Source: Microcystis aeruginosa NIES-2549 (GTDB taxonomy: Bacteria; Cyanobacteriota; Cyanobacteriia; Cyanobacteriales; Microcystaceae). Taken from it: 32,000 nucleotides of DNA. Numbering within the stretch: the stretch's first letter is position 1; each line of letters opens with the position of its first letter. Below the pieces are notes generated by a model, which ran no database searches, was not told the origin of the DNA, and worked only from the letters and a program-made list of their open reading frames with translations. Made by a program: the position numbers and the translations under genes. Below, in pieces: positions 1 through 9,275 of the stretch. Location: contig NZ_CP011304.1 in assembly GCF_000981785.2 (NCBI RefSeq), positions 150,001 to 182,000 of the forward strand, read 5' to 3'.

Positions 1-85
1 CCAAACACTTTCGCCAATTATCCCTTTTTTCCCGAACAACGTTGATCTAATTTTTGTGTAGTTTTGTTGCAAAGTCAATTTTTTT

Positions 86-114
86 TTGACAAAATGCCTA
101 AATTGTGGTATAGA
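86..114 (+). promoter_or_regulatory. Putative sigma70-type promoter (TTGACA, 17 nt spacer, TATAGA)
   Basis: TTGACA at 86-91, a 17-nt spacer, then TATAGA at 109-114. It lies ~130 nt upstream of ORF 248-616. Sequence match only. Confidence 0.25.
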
Positions 115-247
115 CGAAATGAGGGGATTTAGCATCATTTCTAGTTCCAGTGTTTCCTAAAATCAGAGACTTCCTACCTCACCCTTAAGATAACAGCTAA
201 GTAATAGGACAAAATTAAGTTCTTAGTTAGGATAGTCACCCAACTAT

Positions 248-616
248 TTGCCCTTTCTTGCTCATTTAAATCTGAATAAAATCAATTGGCAAGAATATCC
301 AATACCAGGAGATAAGTCAAAATATATAACTATTGAAATCGGCAATCAAAAAGGGAAAGGTTCTTACCAGACTATTCAGATTAGAGACTTGCTAAAAGCT
401 CAAGGATATAGGTGGAATTCCCATCAACATCGACAAATTTGGTATCGTAATGATTTAAGAGCTAGTTTCACCACGGTGGATGATTTCTTCAATCAGTCTT
501 CTTGGTATGCTATTGCTGATGGAGTTGAGGTGTGTTTTTATGACGATTTTCGCAATTTATACCAAATCTGGTTATTAAAGACTGATTATTTATTCCTCCT
601 TTTGCCTCTTGCATGA
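248..616 (+). CDS. Hypothetical protein with a TTG start; the last ~20 codons and the stop come from a repeat element
   Basis: 122-aa ORF with no family motif I recognise. From ~555 onward the ORF runs into a repeat module that recurs at 2113-2226 and, inverted, at 26489-26545. Confidence 0.35.
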   Translation: MPFLAHLNLNKINWQEYPIPGDKSKYITIEIGNQKGKGSYQTIQIRDLLKAQGYRWNSHQHRQIWYRNDLRASFTTVDDFFNQSSWYAIADGVEVCFYDDFRNLYQIWLLKTDYLFLLLPLA

Positions 617-662
617 GTGCCTGTTCTGATATGTAGCTTATACTCAACGGATTTAGTATTAT
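555..662. repeat. MITE-like repeat module, family B (...actgattatttattcc..tttgcctcttgc...gatatgtagcWtatactcaacggatttagtatta)
   Basis: Near-identical to 2113-2226 in the same orientation and to 26489-26545 in reverse complement. Confidence 0.75.
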
Positions 663-881
663 TATGTGTTTGTCACGTTAACAATGGACAGCATGATTAT
701 CTGAAAGCACCGAATATTGAGTTATATTCTCAGAGGATTTAGATCGGTAAAATTACATAGTTAGGAATCTTGAGTGAGTCCCTATTGATATTGATAATTA
801 ACAATTATTGTCTATGTTCATAAGTAGCATGACGCTGAACCGATTTAATATTACTTAATTACTGTCATAATATTTCTTCTC

Positions 882-923
882 AAAAAAAGAGGAGAAAAAA
901 GCAAGTTCTGCCTTTCTCTCCTC
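882..923 (-). terminator. Rho-independent terminator downstream of the sugar transferase gene
   Basis: Hairpin gaggagaaa (889-897) pairs with tttctctcctc (913-923) with one bulge. The A7 run at 882-888 gives a U-tract on the minus strand. Confidence 0.6.
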
Positions 924-984
924 CAGTCTAGCGATTAATTACATTGAAACAGTAGTAAGTAATCTTGAATTACTATTCACCGAT

Positions 985-1716
985 TTAGTAAGCACCGTTA
1001 TTTTTGGGAAAAACCACAACACCGATAGTTCTAAAGATTACCCATATATCGGTTAACCAGTTGCGCGAATTAACGTAATACACATCCATCTGCACCCGCA
1101 TGGGATAGGGGATGTCATTACGTCCAGAAACTTGCCATAAACCAGTTAAACCGGGGCGAATAGTTAAAACTTTGTCGATGCGATTGCCATATTTCTGCAA
1201 TTCTTCGGGAACTAAAGGCCGCGGACCGACGACGCTCATATCTCCCCGCAGGACGTTCCAGAACTGGGGAAACTCGTCTAAACTGGTTAAGCGGAGAAAC
1301 TTGCCAATCCAAGTTATGCGGGGATCATCCTTCAGCTTGAAATTATCCTCGAATTCCGCCCGCAGTTGGGGAGAGTCTTCCATCAGTCTCTCTAATACCT
1401 TATCCGCGTCCATTACCATAGTACGGAACTTGATACAGTTGAAATGCTGGAAGTTTTGACCGACGCGCTTCTGCATATAGAAGACAGGACCGGGGGAACT
1501 AATCGCGATCAGTAAGGCTAAGATTAAATAAAGCGGCGAAAAGAAAATTAGAACCGATAGGGAGAAAACGATATCGAATAATCGTTTTGAGGTATCGCCG
1601 TCCAAAGCTATTAACCAAGATTTTTGATGCCGTCTACCAGAGACCGAAGGTTTGAACCCTCGCTTCATCAAAGCTTGTAGAGCCTTGACGGAGATAAGTT
1701 GGCTATTAGCAGTCAT
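985..1716 (-). CDS. Bacterial sugar transferase (polyprenyl-phosphate hexose-1-phosphate transferase, WbaP/EpsL-like C-terminal domain family)
   Basis: One N-terminal TM segment, then the motifs KFRTM, DEFPQFWNVLRGDMSVVGPRP and PGLTGLWQVSGRN typical of the Bac_transf family. AAGGAG RBS 5 nt upstream of the ATG. Confidence 0.85.
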   Translation of the reverse strand: MTANSQLISVKALQALMKRGFKPSVSGRRHQKSWLIALDGDTSKRLFDIVFSLSVLIFFSPLYLILALLIAISSPGPVFYMQKRVGQNFQHFNCIKFRTMVMDADKVLERLMEDSPQLRAEFEDNFKLKDDPRITWIGKFLRLTSLDEFPQFWNVLRGDMSVVGPRPLVPEELQKYGNRIDKVLTIRPGLTGLWQVSGRNDIPYPMRVQMDVYYVNSRNWLTDIWVIFRTIGVVVFPKNNGAY

Positions 1717-1845
1717 CTTACTCCTTCACATCACACACACCACACAGTACCCATGATAAAGCCACAAGACTGAAAAAACAAGTCTTTGGGTCAATAACTG
1801 GCACTGGTCATTTTAGAGCCTTTGTACTGAAAAATCTCTAATTAG

Positions 1846-2226
1846 GGTTGGCTGAAAAAGTTTGTTGCTGGGGTTAGGAGTCAGTAGTCAGTGGTCAGCA
1901 GTCAGGTTTGAATCAGTTAAGTAGTCGTGCAAAATAAATTTCCTAGTGAAGATAGGCAATAGGCAATAGGCAATAGGCAAAAGCTTTATCGAAATGTGTA
2001 ATTAATTTTGCTTAGGTACTTATCAGATGTGAGTGTTCAGTTCACTGCTTACTGTTTACTGATTACTGTTCACAGCAGAAAACTCTCCGCTCTCCTATAC
2101 CTTTTAAACAGGATTTATACTAAATTCGGTTATTAAAAACTGATTATTTATTCCCCCTTTTGCCTCTTGCCTTCTGCCTCTTGCCTCTCCTGATATGTAG
2201 CATATACTCAACGGATTTAGTATTAG
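1846..2226. repeat. Mosaic of nested MITE-like modules with heptamer arrays
   Basis: Left end gggttggctgaaaaagtttgttg matches the family A MITE ends at 10534 and 20169. Heptamer arrays NRGTCAG x4 (1878-1905) and ATAGGCA x4 (1952-1979). Module 1917-2015 matches 14755-14864 in reverse complement. The 2020-2075 module matches 26460-26570 in reverse complement. The family B module occupies 2113-2226. Confidence 0.8.
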
Positions 2227-2350
2227 TATTATAGGAAGGTTTTGAACCAGCAAAAATTAATTATGCAAGAAGTTTAATAAAAAAAAGAGCATCAGCAAAT
2301 GATGCCCTTGGTGACTGAATATTTAAGTAGTTACAGCTTTGATCCTAAGA

Positions 2351-2494
2351 ATGAAGTATGCTCTTGTCTGCACTCGTCGCCGAAGTCCGTTCGGCGGTTC
2401 GGACTTCGGCGTGAGACTGATCTCGCCGAACGTCCGAAGTCTCAGGGCCGAAGCCTGAATTTTGGCTCCCGAAAACGAAAACTTTATACTTCAT
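2351..2494. repeat. Hairpin-dense 144-bp element bounded by 9-bp inverted repeats (atgaagtat / atacttcat)
   Basis: Perfect 11-bp stem gccgaagtccg / cggacttcggc. A 7-bp stem tgagact / agtctca. A ggccgaagcc mini-hairpin. It sits just 3' of the minus-strand gene that ends at 2516. Confidence 0.6.
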
Positions 2495-2515
2495 CATTTA
2501 AGATAAATGCCACAC

Positions 2516-3307
2516 TTAGGCGGTGCGTTTTTTCATACTACCTAGTTCTCGAATGCCTAACCAACCGATCAAACTATAGCAAATCGATAGCAACATACTT
2601 TGAATACCAATTCTTAACCACTGTTTCAAAGCCTCCAAGTTGGCTTGGCTTTCTGCCTGTTTTCGCCGCTCTTGCAGCTGAGTTTGTAGCTGATTTTTGA
2701 TCTCATCCAATTTCTGTTTAAATTCCTTCGGTTTTTTGGATAAATCGCGTAAATTAGTTAATTGTTCTCTTTGTTGACGGAGGGTCTGTAACTGTTCCGC
2801 GTTGATCGGTTGTCCTTGGAAACGACCAGTTTCAATCACTTCATTTCTCTGAGAGATCTGCTGTTCTAATAATTGGGGATTTTGCGATAGAGTATTTAAC
2901 TGGGCTAAGAAAGCCTGAATTTGCCCCTCTCCTTGGTCAACACCCTGTTCAATTTGAGTCAAAGCGTTGTTTTTAATCTGGTTGGTATTATTGATATGAA
3001 CTGGAATCATCAACAGAAAAACTAACCCTAACACTGTGGAAAAAACAAAGAGCGGCCAACGCAATTCAAAGCGGGATTTCCTAGGAATGATATCTTTATT
3101 GTTAGCGTCAATCCAGTAAGCGATTAAAACGAGAATGATACCGAGGAGAGGAACAATGCCTCGATCCACAAAGGTGGTGACGAACCCTACCTGCCATTGG
3201 GATTGACTGAATTGATAGGGCAGCGGCAGGATAAACCCATCCAAAAGGAAGGAAATAATGAAAACCAATCCCGTTAATTTCAGGGACAAAGAAGTAAAAC
3301 TGTTCAT
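2516..3307 (-). CDS. Membrane protein with a Gln-rich coiled-coil region (possibly HpsJ-family; uncertain)
   Basis: Several predicted TM segments flank a Q/E/L-rich heptad-like stretch (LAQLNTLSQNPQLLEQQISQRNE...LQTLRQQREQLTNLR). The HpsJ assignment is from memory of cyanobacterial annotations only. Confidence 0.6.
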   Translation of the reverse strand: MNSFTSLSLKLTGLVFIISFLLDGFILPLPYQFSQSQWQVGFVTTFVDRGIVPLLGIILVLIAYWIDANNKDIIPRKSRFELRWPLFVFSTVLGLVFLLMIPVHINNTNQIKNNALTQIEQGVDQGEGQIQAFLAQLNTLSQNPQLLEQQISQRNEVIETGRFQGQPINAEQLQTLRQQREQLTNLRDLSKKPKEFKQKLDEIKNQLQTQLQERRKQAESQANLEALKQWLRIGIQSMLLSICYSLIGWLGIRELGSMKKRTA

Positions 3308-3746
3308 CGCTGTTTCTGTAATGGTATGTCAATGAATAGATTCATTAGTCTGTTTAAAAGTTCTCGCTGGGGATTCCCAGAAGGATTTTGCCGACAGAGG
3401 CAATCTGACAAACTGCAATTTCTAATTAACTCTCGCTCAACCTCCTGCCCAACACTATGGTTAAATCGTTCTGCTTGTCAACCCCTTTCGAGAATCGACT
3501 CTAGAAATATTACCTCAATATGGTATCGGTAAACTTATCCTTGTCAAAGAATAGATCTCCTGCAAAAATCACAAATCTGACCTTAGCTGAGGATACGGTC
3601 GATAGGAGACGGGCGAAAGGAAGATAAAAAAGACAATAGACAACTATAATATCCATAAAACCTAAGATTATGGCAAATTTATCCATTTTTTTAGATATTT
3701 TGACCCGATAGCACCTCGATAACTTACTTTTGCAGCAGGTCTAATC

Positions 3747-3840
3747 AAATTTTCCCCAGCTCTCAGACTGGGTTTTCCCCCCAGATATCTTACCTAAGAC
3801 AGAGGCCGTCAAAGAATAAAATTTTCCCAAGCTCTCAGAC
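3747..3840 (+). promoter_or_regulatory. Two 22-bp direct repeats (aaattttcccMagctctcagac) upstream of pgl
   Basis: Copies at 3747-3768 and 3819-3840 match at 21 of 22 positions. Their starts are 72 bp apart. The second copy ends 58 bp before the pgl ATG. Confidence 0.35.
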
Positions 3841-3898
3841 GAGTCCTGAATGGTTAGCCTATAGTAAAGACAGCCCTCCTGAGTCGATAACAAAACCC

Positions 3899-4621
3899 AT
3901 GCAGAAATTGGTGGAAGTTTTAGCCGATAAACAAGCTCTGATCGAAAAATCTCTGGCGCTGGTTCTGGAAAAAATCACAACCAGCCTCGAACAACAGGAC
4001 TATTTTACCATCGCTCTTTCCGGCGGTAGCACCCCGAAACCTCTCTACGAAGCTTTATCCTCTCAACCCCTCGATTGGTCAAAAATTCACGTTTTCTGGG
4101 GGGATGAACGCTACGTTAGTCCCGAACATCCTGACAGTAATCAACGCATGGCCCGGTTAGCATGGCTCGATCGCATACCGATCCCGGCCGCTAATATTCA
4201 TCATGTTCCCACGGATGACCCCGATCCCCACCGGGCTGCCCAAAAATACGATGATCATCTCCGCCAATGGTTTGGGGTCAATTCTCCCGATTTTCCCGTT
4301 TTTGACCTGATTTTATTGGGAATGGGCGATGATGGTCACACCGCCTCCCTCTTCCCCCACACGGCAGCTTTAACGGTCAGCGATCGCTGTATCACCGTCG
4401 GCGAGAAAGACGGCAATCCCCGCTTAACTTTTACCGTTCCCCTGATCAATCAGGCCCGTTGTGTGATCTTTATCGCTGCCGGCGAAAGTAAACGCCCCGC
4501 TTTACATGAGATTTTCTCTGCCCATGGCGACTCTTTCTCCTATCCTTCCCGTCTCATCCACCCTCCGGCCGGGGAATTATATTGGTTACTCGATGCGGCC
4601 GCCGGTTCCTCGTTTGTCTAG
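3899..4621 (+). CDS. pgl: 6-phosphogluconolactonase
   Basis: Motifs ALSGGSTPKPLYEAL, WGDERYV and LLGMGDDGHTASLFP are diagnostic of the Pgl/DevB family. Confidence 0.9.
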   Translation: MQKLVEVLADKQALIEKSLALVLEKITTSLEQQDYFTIALSGGSTPKPLYEALSSQPLDWSKIHVFWGDERYVSPEHPDSNQRMARLAWLDRIPIPAANIHHVPTDDPDPHRAAQKYDDHLRQWFGVNSPDFPVFDLILLGMGDDGHTASLFPHTAALTVSDRCITVGEKDGNPRLTFTVPLINQARCVIFIAAGESKRPALHEIFSAHGDSFSYPSRLIHPPAGELYWLLDAAAGSSFV

Positions 4622-4757
4622 AGAATAGGGTAATGGGAGAATAGGGTAATGGGGGAATAGGGGTAATGGGGGAGTGGGGAAATTCAACTAAAACCCTAAC
4701 ACCCTAACACCCAACCCCTAATCTGCTTTTTTACTTTTTCCTTTTTACTTTTTCCTT
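4622..4757. repeat. Cluster of short tandem repeats
   Basis: (gaatagggtaatggg)-like units x3, then ccctaac-like units, then tttttactttttcc x2. Read directly from the sequence. Confidence 0.7.
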
Positions 4758-4761
4758 AAAA

Positions 4762-5415
4762 ATGATCGTTTGTCCTAATTGCGAACATACTAACCCCGAT
4801 GAGGCCAGTCAATGCGAGGCCTGTTACACTCCCTTGCCGCGGATGTCTTCCTGTCCTAATTGTGGGGCAACCATCCAAACTGATGCCACCTTTTGCGGTC
4901 AGTGTGGCTACAATTTACAGCCTAATTCCGTTCCCATCGTGGCAGCCGAGGCCGCATCGGAACCTGAACCCGTCTCACCAGTCCTTACACCCACCGTTGC
5001 CTCGATCGCACCTCCTCCTGTTGCCGAACCGATCAGTACGCCGGCTATTGCTCCTCCACCGGTTCCGGCCGCCACCCGCTTACAGACGGAAATGGCTAGT
5101 CTCCAGCACCTACAAACCGATAGCAAAATTGAATTACCCCTACATCTATCGGTAATTCATGTCGGCAAACCTAACGATCGCATTCCCCCCGATATCGATG
5201 TTTCTGGTTTTCCCGATTCTGATATCGTCTCCCGGGTTCATGCCGATATCCGTGTCGAAGGAGGCATCTATTACCTCGAAGACAGCGGCAGCGCTAACGG
5301 AACCTATGTTAATCACTCTCCCCTACCCCCCGGCAATCGTCATCGTCTCCGGGCGGGCGATCGCATTTCCCTCGGTAAAGGGGACAAAATGACTTTTATT
5401 TTCCAAATGTCTTAA
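4762..5415 (+). CDS. Protein with an N-terminal double zinc-ribbon, a Pro/Ala-rich linker and a C-terminal FHA domain
   Basis: CPNC..C..C and CPNC...CGQCG motifs at the N-terminus. FHA signature (GR/K..D.....VSR.HA.I......Y.LEDSGS.NGT.VN...L) at the C-terminus. Confidence 0.85.
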   Translation: MIVCPNCEHTNPDEASQCEACYTPLPRMSSCPNCGATIQTDATFCGQCGYNLQPNSVPIVAAEAASEPEPVSPVLTPTVASIAPPPVAEPISTPAIAPPPVPAATRLQTEMASLQHLQTDSKIELPLHLSVIHVGKPNDRIPPDIDVSGFPDSDIVSRVHADIRVEGGIYYLEDSGSANGTYVNHSPLPPGNRHRLRAGDRISLGKGDKMTFIFQMS

Positions 5416-5538
5416 GTAGTCTGGCAAAATTAATTTCCTGGTGGAGACTCCCAGAAGGTTGACAGCTTTTTTCCTTTTTAATTTTTCCTTGATCACTATC
5501 CATCTTCTTTTTTACTTCTCACTTTTTACTTGGTCAAT

Positions 5539-6786
5539 ATGCGTACAAATTGGCGAATCGGCTCTTTATTGGGCATTCCTCTCTATATTAATTCCTCCTG
5601 GTTTTTGATTTTGGCTTTTGTAACCTTGATCAATGCCACCGATGCAGAAATTCAGTCTCAGGCTGGCCAAAGTTCTGTTTTAGCGTGGTTACTTGGTTTA
5701 ATCATCGCTTTATTGCTGTTTATCTCGGTTTTACTCCACGAATTAGGTCATAGTTTCATAGCCCGATGCCAAGGCATCGAGGTCAATTCTATTACCCTGT
5801 TTCTCTTTGGGGGTATGGCCTCGATCGAGCGAGAATCTCGGACTCCTCCCCAGGCCCTGCAAGTAGCGATCGCTGGACCGGTCGTCAGTTTTCTCCTGTT
5901 TTGTCTCTTATCCCTGGCCAGTCACTTACCCCATTTAAACGCCAATTTAACCTATATATGCGGGCATTTGGCGATAATTAACCTGTTTTTAGCTCTATTT
6001 AATCTTATCCCCGGTTTACCCCTCGATGGCGGTCAAATTTTCAAAGCAATCGTCTGGCAAGCGACAGGCGATCGCTGGAAGGGTTTACATTGGGCTGCGA
6101 TCAGTGGTCAATTCATCGGTTGGTTGGGGATTATTTTAGGGATTTTCTTGGTTCTCTTGACGGCAGATGTGGGGGGTGCTTGGTTAGGATTAATGGGCTG
6201 GTTTATCCTCAGAAATGCCAGCGCCTACGATAATTTAACTAATTTACAGGAAAGTCTCCTCAATTTCACAGCGGGAGAGGTGATGAGCAGAAATTGGCGG
6301 GTTTTAAACGCCCATCAAACCCTACAGGAATTCGCCCAAGAATACGTTTTAGAGCAAGCAGCGGCTAATACTGCTTATTTTGCCGCGTCCGAGGGACGTT
6401 ATCGGGGATTAATTCGGGTGGAAGATTTACAGGCGATCGAGCGGAGTTTCTGGTCAGAAAAACAACTGCTTGATATTGCCCATCCCCTCGGCGAAATTGC
6501 CACTGTTGAGGAAAAAACCCCCTTAGTGACGGTGGTGCAGAAATTGGAAACCATCCCGGACCGCATGATCACGGTGTTAACACCAGCCTCCGCCGTAGCG
6601 GGAGTGATCGATCGCGGTGCTATCCTCAAAGCAATTGCGATTAAATGCCAAATTCCCCTAGAGGAAGCGGATATTGAACGCGCTCGCGAGGGAGTTTATC
6701 CCAGTTATTTGCCCTTAAATGTTATTGCTGCCGCTCTCGACAAAAGTGAACCGCCAAAAATCGGCGAACCTTCCTTAATGTCCTGA
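5539..6786 (+). CDS. Site-2 protease family (peptidase M50) with a C-terminal CBS pair
   Basis: HELGHS zinc motif and NLIPGLPLDGG motif. The C-terminal half is CBS-like. I prefer the ATG at 5539 over the TTG at 5530. Confidence 0.85.
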   Translation: MRTNWRIGSLLGIPLYINSSWFLILAFVTLINATDAEIQSQAGQSSVLAWLLGLIIALLLFISVLLHELGHSFIARCQGIEVNSITLFLFGGMASIERESRTPPQALQVAIAGPVVSFLLFCLLSLASHLPHLNANLTYICGHLAIINLFLALFNLIPGLPLDGGQIFKAIVWQATGDRWKGLHWAAISGQFIGWLGIILGIFLVLLTADVGGAWLGLMGWFILRNASAYDNLTNLQESLLNFTAGEVMSRNWRVLNAHQTLQEFAQEYVLEQAAANTAYFAASEGRYRGLIRVEDLQAIERSFWSEKQLLDIAHPLGEIATVEEKTPLVTVVQKLETIPDRMITVLTPASAVAGVIDRGAILKAIAIKCQIPLEEADIERAREGVYPSYLPLNVIAAALDKSEPPKIGEPSLMS

Positions 6787-7469
6787 CCTAGAGAGGATGG
6801 ACGATAATAATCTTGAATATGGCTAATGCGAAAATTTCCTCGCTGGTTAACCTGCCACAATTTCCCCGCTTCCACATCTAAACAACTTAACCAGCCTTTA
6901 CCGTAGGCCCAAGTATCGATACAAATGGCATGGCCGAGATTAACTGGTTTACCGCTTTTTTGGCTGGTATGGCCGCAAATCATGGTTTTTCCCGAAGTAT
7001 GGGCGGCGGGATATTGAAATTTCTCCCAAAAGAGTTTGTATTCTGGTTGTCTGGCTAGGGGTAGATTGGGATCGAGACCAGCGTGAACAAATAAATGATT
7101 TGCAGTTTCGTAGCTATTTATACAGACTTTTCCTAAAAAATCCCAGTGGGATTCGGGAATTTTAATCAGTTGGCCTTCGCTATAGGATTTTAGAGTAGCT
7201 TTACCGCCTTTTTCTAACCAGAGACGCTGTTTGAGGGGGTTGTTACGCGCTTGCAGCATGATAATCTCGTGATTACCCTTGAGGGGAATCAAATTTCCCT
7301 GTTTATGTAGGGAAATCAGGCGCTCGATCACCCCTTTCGAGTCTCTGCCCTTATTAACGTAATCACCGAGGGTGATTAAAGTATCTTGCGGTTTGGGATT
7401 GACGATCTCTAGCAAGTGATCTAGAGCTTTCGAGCAACCATGAATATCGCCGATCGCTAAGGTTCGCAT
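6705..7469 (-). CDS. Metallophosphoesterase / PPP-family Ser/Thr protein phosphatase
   Basis: GDIHGC, GDYVNKGRDS and GNHE motifs. I prefer the start at MRTLAIGDIHG (7469). The 3' tail overlaps the convergent M50 gene by 82 bp. Confidence 0.8.
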   Translation of the reverse strand: MRTLAIGDIHGCSKALDHLLEIVNPKPQDTLITLGDYVNKGRDSKGVIERLISLHKQGNLIPLKGNHEIIMLQARNNPLKQRLWLEKGGKATLKSYSEGQLIKIPESHWDFLGKVCINSYETANHLFVHAGLDPNLPLARQPEYKLFWEKFQYPAAHTSGKTMICGHTSQKSGKPVNLGHAICIDTWAYGKGWLSCLDVEAGKLWQVNQRGNFRISHIQDYYRPSSLGQDIKEGSPIFGGSLLSRAAAITFKGK

Positions 7470-7626
7470 GAGGATTTGGTAGGGGATTAGGGCATAGGTA
7501 GAGGTAAAAGTATTCAAGAAATCTGTTCACGACAAACAGCGATTATCGGTGATCTTGCTTAGGGTAACAAAAAGGCTTACAGTAAAATGTACCATAAATT
7601 ATCAAATCTACTAAATTAATTAAGCT

Positions 7627-8352
7627 GTGCCGAAAGTTGTTATTGCAGGTAACTGGAAAATGCACAAAACCCAGAGAGAAGCTCTGGAGTTTTTGCAAGA
7701 TTTTAAATCCCATCTAGAGGAAACCCCGGACGACCGAGAAGTAGTTCTTTGTGCGCCTTTCACAGCTTTAGCTGTCCTCTCTAAAACCCTCCACGGTGGT
7801 CGTATTCGCTTAGGGGCGCAAAATGTCCACTGGGAAAAATCGGGGGCTTATACGGGCGAAATTTCGGCGGATATGTTAACCGAAATCGGGGTTCACTATG
7901 TGGTTATCGGTCACAGTGAACGCCGGCAATATTTTGGCGAAACCGATGAAACCGTCAATTTAAGGGTCATATCTGCCCAAAAACAAGGTTTAACCCCAAT
8001 TATCTGCGTGGGAGAAAGTAAAGCCCAAAGAGATGCCGGAGAAACGGAAAAGGTAATTATCAAGCAAATTCAAGCAGGTTTAGTCAATGTTGACCAAAAA
8101 AACCTCGTTATCGCCTACGAACCCATCTGGGCGATTGGCACCGGGGAAACCTGCGAAAGCGAGGAAGCTAACCGCGTTATCGGTTTGATTCGGCAACAAT
8201 TAGACAATCCCGAAGTAACCATTCAGTACGGTGGTTCGGTAAAACCGGATAATATCGATGAAATTATGGCTCAATCGCAGATAAACGGGGCTTTAGTCGG
8301 TGGGGCGAGTCTAGACCCCGCCGTATTCGCCAGGATTGTTAATTATCGTTAA
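7627..8352 (+). CDS. tpiA: Triose-phosphate isomerase
   Basis: The GTG start gives [24 protein letters not shown] active-site motif present. Confidence 0.92.
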   Translation: MPKVVIAGNWKMHKTQREALEFLQDFKSHLEETPDDREVVLCAPFTALAVLSKTLHGGRIRLGAQNVHWEKSGAYTGEISADMLTEIGVHYVVIGHSERRQYFGETDETVNLRVISAQKQGLTPIICVGESKAQRDAGETEKVIIKQIQAGLVNVDQKNLVIAYEPIWAIGTGETCESEEANRVIGLIRQQLDNPEVTIQYGGSVKPDNIDEIMAQSQINGALVGGASLDPAVFARIVNYR

Positions 8353-9130
8353 TTGATGCTGCTGCCATGACGCTATTTTCCAAAACCCCGATGCCTTCTA
8401 TTTCCACCCGAACCTTGTCCCCCACCTGCAGCGGTCCGATTCCTTCGGGAGTTCCCGTTAGAATCACATCCCCCGGCAGCAGGGTCATCACTTGGGAGAT
8501 ATAAGCCACCAAGACATCGGGGGGAAAGACCATATCACTCAGATAACTGCTTTGTTTCGGTTCGCTGCCATCATTGAGAAAAGTGGTTAATTGCGCCCCG
8601 ATACTCAGTTCCCGGACAATCCAGGGGCCGAGGGGACAAAAACTGTCAAATCCTTTCGCCCGCGTCCATTGGCTATCTTTTTTCTGTAGATCCCTAGCGG
8701 TGACATCGTTAGCAATAGTATAACCCCAGATTTTGCTTCTGGCTTGGGCTGTGGTGCAGTTTTTGGCGGTTTCTCCGATAATTAGGGCTAATTCTCCCTC
8801 ATAATCTACTCTTTCCGATTGGGGCGGATAAAAAATCGTTTCACCATCGGCGATAATTGTCGTCGGTGGCTTGAGAAATAAAAGCGGTTCTTCTGGTACA
8901 GGTGTTCCCATCTCGGCGGCGTGGGCGCGGTAGTTTTTGCCCACGGCAATAATTTTCGACGGGAAACAGGGGGCTAATAGTTGGTAGCTATCAGGTTCTA
9001 ATTCTAGTTTGGTTAGTTGCCCTCCTTGCCAGGGAGGGGCATCAAAGACGGCAACGCTACGGTTTAGCTGTAACAGTCCGTAGAAGATTTGTCCTTGACG
9101 ATGTTTCACTCGTACATAGCGTTGCGCCAT
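8339..9130 (-). CDS. Fumarylacetoacetate hydrolase (FAH) family protein
   Basis: FAH-fold motifs ([32 protein letters not shown]). I prefer the ATG at 9130 because the longer ORF would overlap the rpsF start. Confidence 0.85.
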   Translation of the reverse strand: MAQRYVRVKHRQGQIFYGLLQLNRSVAVFDAPPWQGGQLTKLELEPDSYQLLAPCFPSKIIAVGKNYRAHAAEMGTPVPEEPLLFLKPPTTIIADGETIFYPPQSERVDYEGELALIIGETAKNCTTAQARSKIWGYTIANDVTARDLQKKDSQWTRAKGFDSFCPLGPWIVRELSIGAQLTTFLNDGSEPKQSSYLSDMVFPPDVLVAYISQVMTLLPGDVILTGTPEGIGPLQVGDKVRVEIEGIGVLENSVMAAASINDN

Positions 9131-9275
9131 ATTTTTCTGGGAATGACTAGCGATCGACTCTCGGATAGTAGTATGATCATATATCCTTGCTTCTTTATTA
9201 AAAGCTAGAGAGTTATTAAAATCAATTGACTCCTGGCCTTGACAAAGAAGCCTTCTAGTCCATAAGGATTCTGAC

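Noticed and set aside
1112-1459. Shadow ORFs inside or antisense to confident genes (e.g. 1112-1459, 1118-1312, 3108-3332, 4799-5155, 4908-5126, 5159-5392, 5766-5981, 6399-6629, 11089-11436, 16942-17277, 17385-17579, 18747-19238, 20473-20676, 21165-21377, 21492-21701, 21726-21968, 21917-22117, 22268-22519, 22685-22936, 28779-29093, 30044-30235, 31466-31669, 31698-31985)
   Set aside because: Each is fully overlapped by a gene with strong family motifs in another frame or on the other strand. None has a recognisable motif.
2299-2700. 133-aa plus-strand ORF
   Set aside because: It spans the hairpin element at 2351-2494 and then runs antisense to the 3' end of the 2516-3307 gene. Its composition is driven by the palindromes.
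3326-3532. 68-aa ORF in the divergent intergenic region upstream of pgl
   Set aside because: No motif, Arg/Ser/Cys-rich composition and no RBS. Probably spurious.
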